A stretch of DNA of 64,000 nt from Felis catus (taxonomy: Eukaryota). Shown here piece after piece: positions 36,906 to 49,273 of this stretch. The notes below the pieces were generated by a model. That model searched no databases, was not told the DNA's origin, and saw nothing but the letters and a program-made list of their open reading frames with translations. The position numbers and the translations under genes were made by a program. The stretch is from contig NC_058383.1 of assembly GCF_018350175.1 (NCBI RefSeq), positions 26,662,001-26,726,000 of the forward strand, read 5' to 3'. The stretch's first letter is position 1, and every line of letters begins with the position of its first letter.

Positions 36906-37431
36906 GACTTAAGAGACTTCCCCTAAGTAGATACTCAATAGTTAGCTATGAAAAATGCCTAAAACCAAGTGAAATGAGAAATGCAAACTGGGGTATGAAC
37001 AGGTAAAAGGAGAGTAAAGAAATGTGAAGGGATATGACAGAGCACAGGGATCAGCAAATGCAAAGAAGTAAGCCTTCAATGTATGAGGGGAAAGGGCTAA
37101 TATCTTTATTTTTCAGAGAACTCAGGTCCGTGAGACAAGTCCTGAAACCGGGTAGAAAGACAAGCAAAGGGGTGTGGACAGATAACTGGAAAAAGATGAA
37201 ATGCACTTACCTGAGCACATGGGGGAAGGATCAGCCTAACCAGCAAACAAAGAAATGCAAACCACAAACAGCTACATTTGCCACGTAATGGTTTTAGCAA
37301 TGATAATGCTGGCTCTGGCCAGCATAGAGCAAGGTAGAGTCAGGAACGCTGGATGCAGGGGGTCTGACCCTTTTAGAAAACAGTTTGGCACTGGCTTTCA
37401 AAACCTTAAACATGGGCATTCTCATTGGCCC

Positions 37432-37552
37432 AATAAACTGGGAGGTTCCCAGCACATAGGATTTTCAGTTTTAATATTTTTTTTAATGTTTATTTAATTA
37501 TTTAATTATTTAATTATTTAATTAATTAATTAATTATTAGTTTATTTAATGT

Positions 37553-37624
<72 letters not shown>

Positions 37625-37846
37625 AGGGGAGGGACAGAGAGAGAGGGAGACACAGAATCTGAAGCAGGCTCCAGGCTCTGAGCTGTCAGCACAGAGCCCA
37701 ACGTGGGGTTCAAATTCATGAAGTTGTGTGCTTAACCAACTGAGCCACCCAGGTGCCCCAGATTTTCAGTTTTAAAAAACTGGGACAGTCCTGGGCCAAC
37801 TGGGATAAGTTGGTCACCAGATAAGTTATCCCAGTTGGTCACCCTA
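37432..37846. mobile_element. MER81-like hAT-Blackjack element split by a CanSINE (-, 37475-37759) carrying (TTAA)(GT)n(GA)n
   Basis: Ends ttggtcacccta; SINE TSD gattttcagttttaa at 37460-37474 and 37761-37775. Confidence 0.7.
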
Positions 37847-37854
37847 AGACGGGC

Positions 37855-38342
37855 AGCCTTTTAATGGGGTGGTCTGGGGCTTCCTGAGGAGGTAGCACTT
37901 GATTAAGGACTGAATGAAGCAAAGGAGTGAACCATAGGAATGCTAGCCTTTGCTAGCCTTTGCTAGAAAGCATTGGCTTTCTAGGCAGAGAGAATAGTAT
38001 GTGCAAAGGTCCTGAGCCAGGAGTGTTCTTGGGGACATTTGAAGGACTTAAAGAAGGTCAGGGTGTCTGAAGCATAGCACCAGGAAAGAGAGTAGTAAGA
38101 GATAGGTTTTAGAGAGGGAAGTAGGGGTTAGCCTCTGACCCTTGCAGGAAAAGGAAGAACTTTGGATTTTATTTTAAGCCCAGTGGAAATCTTTGGAGAG
38201 TTTAAGCAGGGAAATGAGATGGTATAATTTATGATTTTAGAAAGATCACTTTGGTGGTTGTGCGGAGAAGGGAATGTTGGTGGGTGTGGGGTGGGGGACA
38301 GAGTGGACTCAGGTAGACCCAATGGGAGGTGTTTGCAATCTA
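37855..38342 (-). mobile_element. L2 fragment
   Basis: tgtgcaaaggtcctgag..tttaagcaggg..ttttagaaagatcactttgg. Confidence 0.8.
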
Positions 38343-38344
38343 GG

Positions 38345-38592
38345 GCAGTGGTCTCGAACTCAAGCCTGCATCGGAATCACCTACCTGCAGGGCTTGTTAA
38401 ACATGGCCTCTGGGCCTTGACCCTGGAGCCTGCATTTCTTCCATCCAAGTACTAACCAGGCCTGACCCTACTCAGCTTCCAAGATCAGAAGAGATGGAGT
38501 GCGTTCAAGGTGGTATGGCCGTAGAGTGGAGCCTGCGTTTCTAACAAACTCCCAGGTGGTGCCGAGGCTGCTGGTCCTGGGTCACTTTGAGT
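38345..38592. mobile_element. MER5A hAT element (host of the 5S pseudogene)
   Basis: cagtggtctcgaact..tgcatcggaatcacct..gggcttgttaaa / tttctaacaaactcccaggtg..gctgctggtcc..cactttgag. Confidence 0.85.
38440..38526 (-). pseudogene. 5S rRNA retropseudogene, 3'-truncated (about nt 1-90) and tailless
   Basis: Minus strand CTCTACGGCCATACCACCTTGAACGCACTCCATCTCTTCTGATCTTGGAAGCTGAGTAGGGTCAGGCCTGGTTAGTACTTGGATGG has about 11 mismatches to the recalled mammalian 5S sequence; TSD tggagcctgc(a/g)tttct at 38424-38439 and 38527-38542. Confidence 0.96.
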
Positions 38593-38769
38593 TAGGGGAC
38601 AATGGTGGCTTGCACTAAGGCCGTACCAGTGCTCAAGTCAAGTCTCGTCTGGGACGCATCAGCCCCGTTTTGGTTCTCTTGTAACTTGGTTGCACCAAGG
38701 AGAATATCTCAATTTGATAGCAGTGTGGCTGTAACACTGTTCTGCCCTTCTCCCTTTTATTTTAGTAAA

Positions 38770-39065
38770 GAGACAGCAGGCCTCTCAGAGCTCTCAGCAG
38801 AGAACTCTGCTTAAAATTTGAGTTTTTGGGGAGGTCTTCACTGTATTTATTTTTTATGGTTGCTTACAACTTATGACAAACAATATTGGTTTTCCTTTTA
38901 CAAGAGTGTTACAAAGCTCCCATTTTTCAATAAACGTATTTAGTGTTTTTAGAAGTGAGAGTTGCTTTTTAATAAATCTGTGAAGTAAATAATGGTGTGG
39001 GTAAAACTCAGATATGACACATCTATAGATGGCGGTTCTTGAGTGACCGCAGTTGGGGAAATGGG
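38770..39065. mobile_element. hAT-Charlie-like terminal fragment
   Basis: ttcactgtatttatttttatggtt..attggttttcc..aagtaaataatggtgt..gagtgaccgcagttggggaaa. Confidence 0.5.
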
Positions 39066-40099
39066 ACCCTGAGCCTTAGTTTGCTTGGGTCCTGCAAACC
39101 CAACACTTGATGTCATTGGGTACTTCATAAACGCAGCAATTCCTCACCGTCTCTAGGCCACAGTCTGGTAGCCCACTGTACCCCACTATTCCCCATTTTC
39201 TGCTGTTCATGCCTTTATTTATTCAACCCACATTTACTGAGCACCTACTAGCTTCTGGGTCCAAGTCTTAAAGTCCGTTTGCAGCATCCCCTTGGGAAGC
39301 ATTTTATGGGTGATAATGGTTCTTGGAAAGAACCTTCTCAACAATTTACTAAGTGGAAACATAAAATGAATGTGGACCTGTGTCCCTGATAATGTTTCTC
39401 TCCTGTCCTTCTGTGAAGAGAGAGAAAGAAAGAGATGGGGTTGGTAGGTATGCTGGGAATTACAATCCCGCCTCCTCCATTGTACATCCAAAGAGTGTAC
39501 TGCTCACATGAATGTCACCTGTCATGTGTGTCCTACTGGGGAAAACAAAGGACTGGAACAGGCATAGGTTACGGGGCATCATTGTCAGATTTTAAACAGA
39601 AGATTGTAAGCTCAGATTTGGGCGTTAGAATGTTTGTCTTGGCAGGTGAGAGAATGGAGGGAAGACTCTGGATGGCAGATTAAGAGATCTCTTTGGGCAA
39701 GTTATATCAACTTTCTGGGCCTAAATATCTGTAGGTTCAAGAAGGTATATCATGTTTTCTCTTGTAATATGCAAGAGTTCACAAAATAAAGTGACACCAA
39801 ATCATGGGAACGTTGAAGGGTGGATTCTCACCAAATGGGGAGCGTGTGTCTGAGAACAGTCTGATCTAGGACCCAGACCCTGAGGCAGATGTGGAGGACT
39901 GTGAGGGACACTCAAGGCTGGAGGCAGTCGCTCTCCCAAGCTGCTGGTCTGGAGGAGCAAGGAGAGGATGTGTGATTGCCTGGGAAGATTTGCTCTGGGC
40001 AGAGCAGTCCAAGGATGGTGTTGAAGAGGACCGCACAAGTAAAGCTGTAAGGACACTCCCACCAGGCGGGTGTAACACCAAGCCGTGTGGGGTGGAGTA

Positions 40100-40310
40100 G
40101 CTGCAGGGGTTTATTTAGTGATGATTAATAAAGTGAATTTCGCCTCGGTTCGCAAGGGTGCAATTAAACATGCAAATGATTTAACAAAGTTAAAAGATTT
40201 TACACATATAATGATTACACCTAAGGATCAAATGTGATAATGGTAGACGCGAACATACTCTGTGGGCTCCAGAGCCCTGCGTCACAACTCCCGCCTGCTG
40301 CTGATGCGTC
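40100..40310. promoter_or_regulatory. Candidate developmental enhancer (homeodomain/POU/SOX motif cluster)
   Basis: TGATTAAT 40122-40129, CAATTA 40161-40166, ATGCAAAT 40170-40177, AACAAAG 40183-40189, TAATGATTA 40209-40217, in unique CpG-retaining sequence. Confidence 0.45.
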
Positions 40311-42300
40311 TCTGTAGGGTAGGCTGGGTGCACTCCCAGAGTCTCAGTCCAGCGCTTGCTCTTGTATTGCAGGGCCATGTTTCCCACAGGGCCGTGGGAA
40401 AAGAGCAGCATAGACCTATGTCCCTTTTCCAGTCGCCTGTGCCTCCTTCCTTGAGCTCTGAGTAGCCGACGCTCTTTCCTAGTACTCGACGGTAACCCTG
40501 GGGTCTGAAACTCTCCCTCTTGCCCCTGGCCACTTTGGGGTCCGGACTGTGATTTCTGGCTACTTTGAACCAAGAAGTTTGAGAAAATTAGAGCCATGGC
40601 CAAGTTGGGTCTGAGATGATGGTTCAGAACTCTGGCTCGTGGCGTTGGGTAGACCTGGTTGAAATCCCGGCTCTGTCACTTGCTAGTTGTGTGATCTTGG
40701 GAGAGCCCCGGTGTCACTCTGGGTCCTCTAAGAGGCTCTGGGAAGCAACGTGCAAGGACTTCATTAGGTGGAACATTTATGTGACAGAAGTCAGACTGCG
40801 GTGAAAGTCTGACCCTGAGGGAAGGAGAGAGGGTTGGGTGGAAACGTCTGAACGGCATAGTATGAAAAAGGTTGAGGTGTCCCAAGTTGGCTGTCAGAGG
40901 AGTCCTGTGGTTTCTAGGAGTGGGCCTGCCTTAGTTTCCCTGCTATGCTCTATCACTGATGAGGTGGGTAGATTTCAGGTCCAGCGGGTGCACTCTCTTG
41001 GTTACCATACCCATAACCTCTCACAAGACTGGTTATGATCAAATGAAGCAAGGCACTTCATATGAGATCTGGCATAGAGTAAGGACTCCACACATTTTAG
41101 CTATTATTATTATTACCCAAATACTCTTTTGAAGTCAACAAAAGAGTTTTCTTTTTGTTACCAAGCATTCCCTAGACCAGATGCTGCTAATTCAGATTCC
41201 CTCCCTGTAAGCGAGTGGACCAAGCCTAATACCTTAGGCAGTGGTGGGGACTGTGATAAACTCAAGAGTACGTGTTCTATTTAAAACATTTTGAAAAATG
41301 GCTGGATCCAGCAAAAGCAAACACATCTGTGGGCTGAATTTGGTCTACTGCTCTCCAGTTTGAAATCTCTGCCTTATACGCACAAGGTTGTCTGTAACAC
41401 TTCCTGATATTCTGGGTTTGCAACAGCCAGGGAGTCAATTTAATTAAAAGAAAACAAAAATAGTTTGGATGGGTTTTTTCCCCCTTCTTGCTGACAAATT
41501 TATGGTGTGTTTGACCAAACTGAGAGATCTGACTGGTTGATTTTGGTTTTGTACAGAGCTTCAGTGTTGATTTATCTGAGAGGTTTAGAAGGTGGATGTG
41601 GGGTATGAACGGCATGGGTTGGAGTCTTGGCTCCCCCATTTTCCAGCTATGGGATCTGGGAAAAGTTGGGACATCTCTGTAGCTCAGTCTGCCTGTCTAT
41701 AAAATGGGGACAGTTCCCCTCATGGGGTTGCTATGAGGATTTAGTATACGCAAGGTGCTGAGAACACTGCCCAGACCAAGTAAGGCTGAATAAGTGTTGA
41801 TGTTATTCTGGGGTTGGGCAAAGGAGAGAGAACATGGCTTTTCTTCATCATTTTATTTCACATAAGCCTAAAACTTAATGGTGGGTATAACACCCAAATA
41901 TGAATGAGTTTCTCCTACCCTGGTGATATAATCACATATAATAATGTCACTTACATAAGCTTTCCTACCTCCCTGTTAAAGCCACCCACACTCTGCTCCA
42001 CTTCATGCCGTGATAGAATTTTTCTCCCACAGGGAAAGAGACACCCAACTTTATACTAATTATCACTGTAAAGCAGGGACCAACAGGGGATGCTGGAAAA
42101 GGTGGATTTTTCAGTAATTTGTTGGTTAGGGGGAGAGTGTTTAGAAGCAGTGAATCAGGCCTGGAGACCTCAGAAGAGCCAGTGGGGGTCATGGGCCAGA
42201 AGCAAGCCATGGCCTCCTCCAAATTAGGTGGGCTTGGCCTATACCTTAGAGGAAAAGAGTCTGTGAGCGAGCCCTCTGCAGATAAACACTGATGTGCTGT

Positions 42301-42382
42301 TTCTTTCCTTCCTTCCTTCCTTTCCTCCTCCTCCTCCTCCTTCTTCCTCCTCCTCCTCCTCCTCCTCCTCCTCTTCTTCTTC
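42301..42382. repeat. (TTCC)/(CCT)n/(CTT) pyrimidine microsatellite
   Basis: Direct reading of the sequence. Confidence 0.95.
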
Positions 42383-42474
42383 AATTCTGAAACATGTTCT
42401 ACATGTGATGCATGCTCATTGTGGATATTGTAGAAAATAGAGGGGAACAAAATAGAAGTGTAAAAGTCAGAACA

Positions 42475-42925
42475 TGTTCAGCTTCAAGTGTCAGAAATCA
42501 ATCCCAATCTGGTGTAGGTGATTCAAGAAAATGTATCAATACAAGGATGTTGTTCCAGGGATGAGTCAGGCAGGGCTACATCCAGGGCTCAAACAATCCT
42601 GGCAAGGTGCTGTCTTGCTCACTCTATTCATTTCTCCATTTCTTCTGCCTATTCCAGGCAGAAGAGGTCTAAAAGTAAACATGACTAACTCTAGACTAAT
42701 TCCCATCATTTGAAGAACCTACTGGAAAGAAGAGTCTCAGGGAGGGATATGATTGGCTGGGCATGCATCACATGTGCATCCTTGAGCCAATCAGCCAATC
42801 CCTGTGGCTACAAATGAAATGTTCTGATTGGACATGTTAGTGAGCCAGTGGCCGGGAAGGTGGAAACAAGTCCCCCTTGAAATACAAGGAATAGGTTTCC
42901 CATAAGAAGGAGGGTTTTTGTTCCA
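42475..42925 (-). mobile_element. Old MLT1 (J/K-like) LTR
   Basis: atccagggctcaaaca..tgattggctgggc..tcacatgtgcatccttgagccaatca..tctgattgg. Confidence 0.6.
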
Positions 42926-43399
42926 GAAGAAAGAAGAGAAAGGGATGAGTTGATGAAAACATGAGGAGTCACTTTAAGATGCAAATACAAATTTCTAATA
43001 CTCCCACCAGAAATAAGGGCTGCTGACTTCTTGATGTAGATCCTCCCAGAATTCCCTACTCACCATCTAATGTGTCTATACTTACAAGTATGTGTTAGAC
43101 ATATAGAACATTGAAATGCCCAAGAAACTTTTGTAAATGATTTTGACTGCCCCCATCAAAAATATCAATTACATATCTCGAAATCCAAATGGTTTATTTC
43201 CTTGGTCAGAAAATCAAAGAATATAGACAAGCAAAAACGAAATCTAATTTATGATTGGTTGCAGCTGACAGTAAGACTTTCAAGAAGGCAAGTAAAAAGC
43301 AAGGTTGAAATAAAGGGATTTGTTATGTCTCCTCTTATGACAGCCTGTCGTCTCTTCATGGTGCTTTCCACATTTATAATTATTTATTAACTACTTGTA

Positions 43400-44300
43400 G
43401 TGGCTTATGTAAAATTATTCCATTATGAGCTATTCCAGGTACACACAAAAAAAACTGTGGGCTGATTTAGTGAACAATCATTTATGCTTCACTCAGCTTA
43501 AGAAATGTAGCATAACAAATACAATCTCATCCTGCTGGACCCCATCTCAGTTCTGTGCCTTTTCTTCTGTCTCTCTCTCCCTTCCCAGTGATGATCTTTA
43601 TCCTCAGAATGCATTTTTTATTCCATGTACATTAACATTTTTTTTTAAGTTTATTTCTTATTTTTAGTAATCTCCACACCCAACCTAGGGCTCGAACTCA
43701 TGACCCTAGGATCAAGAGTTATAGGCTCCATTGACTGAACAAGCCAGGTGCCCCTCCATGCATATTTTTATACTTTTCATTGTGTATGAATGAGCTGTTA
43801 TCAACATGTAGTATTGTGTTGCATGTTTTAAAACTTTGAGTAGAATTCTGCTGTACATATCATTTCATGATTTAGCTTTTCCCCCCACTATTATGATTTT
43901 TTCAATTTATCAAAATTATGTTTCACTTATTCCATTTATTCACTTATTTCACTACTGCTGTTACTACTACTGGTTACGATGGCATTCTACTGGACAACCG
44001 TATCACAATTTACTTACCCATTCTCCTGTAAGTGGGCATTCAGCTTTCTTCTGTCATAAACAGTGCTGCTATACACACTCCTGGACATCTCTCCTCGTGA
44101 AAAGTAATGGAGCTTCTCCAGTCCTACGGTATATACTCAGGAACGGAACTGGTAGGCTGTAGAGTTGGCACGTCTCCAGCTCAACTAGGTGTCACCAAAC
44201 TGCTCTGCAGAGTGGATGTGCCAATGTACACTCTTACCAGCCACCCACGAGGCTTCCTGTTTCTCCAGAATTTGGTTTTGTCACATTTTCCATCTTTGCT
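43400..44300 (-). mobile_element. Ancient L1M(E/C) fragments with a short CanSINE (-, about 43638-43754)
   Basis: tatcacaatttacttacccattctcctg..caaactgctctgcagagtggatgtgccaatgtacactc. Confidence 0.65.
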
Positions 44301-44597
44301 GTTGTGATGCGTGTGAGCTTCTGGTCCTTCGCTTTTGTTTGATACTGGATAGCTGGAATCATACATCTTGTTCACCATGGTTTTCCTGGCACTTAGCACA
44401 GCTCCTGGGACATAGTAGATGTTCAGGATTGGGGGTTGACTGAGAAAGAGTTTTCTGGTTCCTCCCCTTTGCTACAGAAGACACCTGTTCTCCAGCAAAC
44501 CTGCTTCTGCCTACTCCTCTCCTTTGAAGATCAGAGACCTCCCACACACTAAATGGAGAGGACAGTTTGGGGCTCCCCTAATTGCCTTTCATTTGGG

Positions 44598-44785
44598 CAG
44601 CAGTTCTGAAAACCTATGCACGGGCATCAGGATCACCTGGAGGGCTTGTGGAAACACGGATGGCTGGGTGTCACCCTCAGAGCTTCCCGTTCAGGATGTC
44701 CAGGGTGCTCTAAGAATTCACATTTCTGATGAGTTCCTACCTGGTGTTGATGCTGCTGGTTTGTGAAGCATACGTTGAGAACCAG
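44598..44785. mobile_element. MER5A
   Basis: cagcagttct..gcatcaggatcacctggagggcttg..catttctgatgagttcc..gatgctgctggt..ttgagaacca. Confidence 0.85.
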
Positions 44786-44849
44786 TATATCAGAGAAACA
44801 TCCAATCCAAATATTTTGGATATGTTCTGTGTGGCATGCCCGTAAAGAG

Positions 44850-45582
44850 ACTCACACCGGTCAGAGTGGCTAAAATGAACAAATCAAGAAACTATAGATG
44901 CTGGTGAGATGTGGAGAAACGGGAACCCTCTTGCACTGTTGGTGGGAATACAAACGGGTGCAGCTGCTCTGGAAAACAGTGTGGAGGATCCTCAAAAAAT
45001 TAAAAATAGATCTACCCTATGACCCAGCAATAGCACTACTAGGAATTTACCCAAGGGATACAGGAGTGCTGATGCATAGGGGCACTTGTACCCCAATGTT
45101 TATAGCAGCACTTTCAATGATAGCCAAATTATGGAAAGAGCCTAAATGTCCATCAACTGACGAATGGATACAGAAGATGTGGTTTATATATACAATGGAA
45201 TACTACCTGAATGAGAAAGAATGAAATCCTGCTATTTGCAGCAACATGGATGGAACTGAAGGGTATTATGCTAAGTGAAGTAAGTCAGTCAGAGAAAGAC
45301 AGAGATCATGTTTTCACTCGTATGTGGATCTTGAGAACCCTAACAGAAGACCAAGGGGGAAGGGAAAAACAGTTACAAACCGAGAGGGAAGGAAGCAAAC
45401 CATAAGAGCCTCTTAAGTACAGAGAACAAAGTGAGGATTGATGGGTGGGGGTGGGGGAGAGGGGAAAGTGGGTGATGGGCATTGAGGAGGGCACTTGGTG
45501 GGATGAGCACTGGGTGTTGTATGTAAGCCATTTGACAATAAATTATATTAAAAAATAAAATACAACAAAAAAAAAAAAAAGA
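44850..45582 (+). mobile_element. 5'-truncated felid L1 3' end
   Basis: ORF 44898-45224 reads [46 protein letters not shown] (L1 ORF2 C-terminus), followed by 3'UTR and A tail. Confidence 0.95.
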
Positions 45583-47135
45583 GAGAGAGAGAGAGACCAA
45601 ATGCAAACTTTCAAAAGTCATTCCCAACGTGGATAGAGGAAGGAATAAATGTTTCAGCCAACTCCACTTGGCTGGAATAGGGAAAGGAGGAGCCAGAATT
45701 CTGAATTCTGGGTCCCTCAAAAGTTCAAGACAGGTGGCAGCCCTTACAGAGACTGATCTAATTCAAAAAGAATATACTGGGCGGCCACTGGCAAGTTTTC
45801 ACATCTTCTACAAGATTTCAAGGCAGGATCTTTTTTTCCACTGATACTTCTGAGACCATCCCTATCTTCTCTTCTTTCCCCTCCTCCTGCTCCTCCTCCT
45901 CTTTCTTCTTCATCATCATCAAACATTAATTTAATTCAAGTGTAGATTTGATTGTCATGATACCACAATAAAGACAGCTACCATTTATAGAGGGCTTGAT
46001 TACAAGTACTTTATAATCTCATCTAATCAGCATTATTGCATCTAATCCTGCCTTAGGCCTCTCCGACTCCAATGTTGTGTTCTTTATTATTCCTATACAC
46101 TATATTTCCATAAGTGTTGGTCTATTCATTCATTCATTCATTCATTTATCCATTCATTCATTCCTTCACCAAATATTTACTGAGCACCTGCTATGCAATG
46201 GGCATCCTGCTGCTGATGTGGGCACAAAAGACAGACAAAATCCCTGCTGTTATAGTGCTTACAAACACTTATATTTCCAATCCCAAAAAAGGGGTGATAC
46301 TATCCCTCACTTAGGGTTGCTATAGGGATTAGGGAAATGTGCCCTGGTACACAGTAAGGGCTCAATAAATGTTGGCTCCTGGCCTCCTTTAACCCCCAGA
46401 GCTGGTAGCTTTCTATTCACATATGTCGGGGAGAACGGTTGGAACCATTTCTGAGACTATGTTCTTCTAGAAAGCGACATTTCCCTGTCCTTAAAATTCA
46501 TGCAACCCACATGTTATTAACCTATCTGAGCAAAAGCCCATTTTCCTGGGCTTTCTGGGCTAGACTCAGGCTTTTGCTCCCCGCTGCCTCCTCTCCTTCT
46601 CATCTTCCTCTCAATTCTAGCCTGGATCTCAGACTATACATGAGTTTCGACAAACCAATGCTTTGGGAAAGCTTTGTGCAATTTTGAGCGATGAAAAAAA
46701 TGGAGAAATAAGGGCTCCAGGCAACTGGTGTGATAGAGAAGAGAGGAAAAAGATAAGAGAAATGTGCAGCTTAGGAGGATGTTTGCACAGGCAACGAGAG
46801 AAAAATAAGTAACAAATGTCTACTTAGAGGTATTTTCCTTCAAGCGTCTGGAGCTTTTGAAGAACTGGGATAGGAGAAATCTACATTTTAGGAATCTAGG
46901 CTGCTGTTTATGTAATTTCCACCTTTGAGGGCTTCAGCTCCATTCTCGCTGACTGCATGCTAGTCATTTCTTTGTCAGGCTCAGTTTTAGTGATTTTCAT
47001 CCCCCCCCCCAACAAGGGGGTTTAGCTGTGCAACATAGTCAATGCACTGAAGCCCAAATTGGAGATCTCTCTCACTACAGATGACATAGTTCAGAAGGGA
47101 AAAGTCACATGAAAACTGTACATTTCTTTCCACAG

Positions 47136-47219
47136 GCTTAGCAGAAGCTACACCCGGATTCCTGCAGCTGAACGGATGTAACCAGCATTTGGGCTTTTCT
47201 ATTCAGTTACCTCCTTGTG
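47136..47219 (+). other. Candidate 84-nt cassette exon
   Basis: catttctttccacAG|GCTTAG..CCTTGTG|GTGAGT; length is divisible by 3; one open frame (LAEATPGFLQLNGCNQHLGFSIQLPPC) that I do not recognise. Confidence 0.35.
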
Positions 47220-47661
47220 GTGAGTGAAGAGATCGGGTGTGTGTGGGGGGGTTTATTCTTCATCAACCTTGTGACCGTGGGCAATGTCCCCGATCTATTA
47301 GAATCTCAGTTTTCTCATCTGTGGAAAGATAACCATGACAAAATATATCCTCGGAGGTAGTTTCAGTGGGAGGGTTAAATGAGATACAATTTAGGAGTTC
47401 TTGGCATAGTATCTGGAGCATATTTACATTCTATAAATAAGGGCAAAAATTTCTTACCATCAAGACTTTTCTCGTGAAAAGGTCTGAAGCTTATACAGCA
47501 ATCAATGTAGGCAAAGTGGAATTCTATGGGCCCCAGCTTCTCGTCCTGCCACCTCTGAGACTTTGGGAAAGTCATTTCCTCCTCTGAGACTTTGTTTTCT
47601 CCCAGTTTGGTGGGGGAGAGAAATTAGGGGGAAGGTTGGAGGCTTTAAAGGCCTAAAGAGA

Positions 47662-48240
47662 TAATAAATAATAACCTATACATAATGTACTATATGTATA
47701 ATATACTCTGTAATAGCTAGCATATTATATATATATAAAATATACCATAGCATACTGCATATTATATATTACAGTTTATATAATATACACTATAACATAT
47801 AAGCACTAGTTTATTTGATACGTGCTCTCTTTATCATATATACTATGTAACATGAATAGCACATATATCATACATGCTATATATTATTTATATGCTATAA
47901 TATATACTATATATGCTATAATATATACTGTATATAATGTAATATATAATATATATGATATATTACACCATACAACACACACTATAATAGAGATACTACA
48001 TGCTATAGTGAGCATAATATATTATTAGTATAATAAATAATACACCATGCGTTACATAGATTTGTATAATATAGATACTATACTATTATAATATTATATA
48101 CTATGTAATATATGCACTTTATTTAATAAGGTATGGTATGTAATGTATGCTGTATTTAAGCAACTTTTATCTGTATAATATACCATACCCACTGTATATG
48201 CTATTTACTATGTAATATGTCATGTACAATATAGTAAAAA
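47662..48240. repeat. AT-rich (TA/TAC/TAG) low-complexity tract
   Basis: Degenerate tata/tactata/tgctata units. Confidence 0.9.
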
Positions 48241-48399
48241 TGAAAGTTTCTTGTGAACTGAAAAGCCCCAATTAATAGGAGATGTTATTAATTAGTTCCA
48301 TCGAGGTGTAAATGACTGATATGGTTTATTTTATTTTTTTATTTATAATTTTTCAATGACTGACATGGCTTAAAGTGTGACCCAGACTCAGAACATTTC

Positions 48400-49105
48400 A
48401 CATTTCACCACTGGCCCCCCACCCCCTCCAGCCCAAATATTTCTCTTGTGTCTTTACTGTTCAGGGAATGGCTCTATCCTCCTCCCAGGGTGCTCACCAA
48501 AGAGCCAGGAGTCACCGTTGCTCCCTTTCCCTTCCTCCCACTTGCACACCCTGCCACCCAGTCCTCCGACTGCCCCTGCACCTTCTGTCTGCTCTACCTC
48601 CAAAGTGGGGCCCAGACCCACCCACCACTGCCCCAGTTCAGGGCCGCATTGTCACCAGCCTAGACAACTCCAGTAGCCTCTTAGCCATTCTTTCCTGCTC
48701 CCTCCCTTGCCTCTTCATGATCTACCCTTCACATGGTAGCCTCACTGGTCCTTCGAGGGAGTAAATCCAATCACGATACCCCTCAGTTGAAAATGCTTGA
48801 TTGCCTTTTCCATCACGTTTAGGACAAAACCCAAACTCTTTGCCCTGTAGGCCCTAGCTCCTGACATTTGGCTTTGTCTGGTATTACTCCCTTGACCTAC
48901 TTTGCTCACTCTACTCCTGCACATCGATGACTGTTCAACTCTCAAATATATTGTGATAGATCCCACCTCAGGGCCTTTGCACTTGCTGCTCCCATTACCT
49001 AGAATGCCCTTTGCCCAGATATCCACACGGCCCACTCCGTCACTTCACTCAGGACTCTACTCAAATGTCACTTTAACAGGGAGGACTTTCCTGACCACCC
49101 TCTAG
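48400..49105 (+). mobile_element. L2 fragment
   Basis: tttaggacaaaacccaaactc..cccacctcagggcctttgcacttgctg..ctcaaatgtcac..ttcctgaccaccct. Confidence 0.8.
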
Positions 49106-49222
49106 CATATCATGCCTGTCCCCTCACTGTATACTATCTGGCTCTCTCTCTATAGAATCTACATCTATATAATCTACATCTGTATAGCAGCCACATCTAC
49201 AAAGTGGATATAAAGTATCCCA

Positions 49223-49224
<2 letters not shown>

Positions 49225-49270
<46 letters not shown>
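49225..49270. repeat. (GT)n microsatellite
   Basis: Perfect dinucleotide run. Confidence 0.97.

Positions 49271-49273
<3 letters not shown>

Noticed and set aside
37205..37240. Perfect minus-strand donor CAG|GTAAGT
   Set aside because: Lies in a decayed L1M fragment; the nearest acceptor gives only an approximately 25-nt exon with no other support.
37941..37966. Short tandem duplications (tgctagcctt x2.6; also gtagctaaggatatg x2 at about 60866-60900)
   Set aside because: Ordinary slippage duplications within decayed repeats.
38440..38526. Functional 5S rRNA gene
   Set aside because: Lacks the last 30 or so nt and the terminator, has about 11 substitutions, and is a single copy with a TSD.
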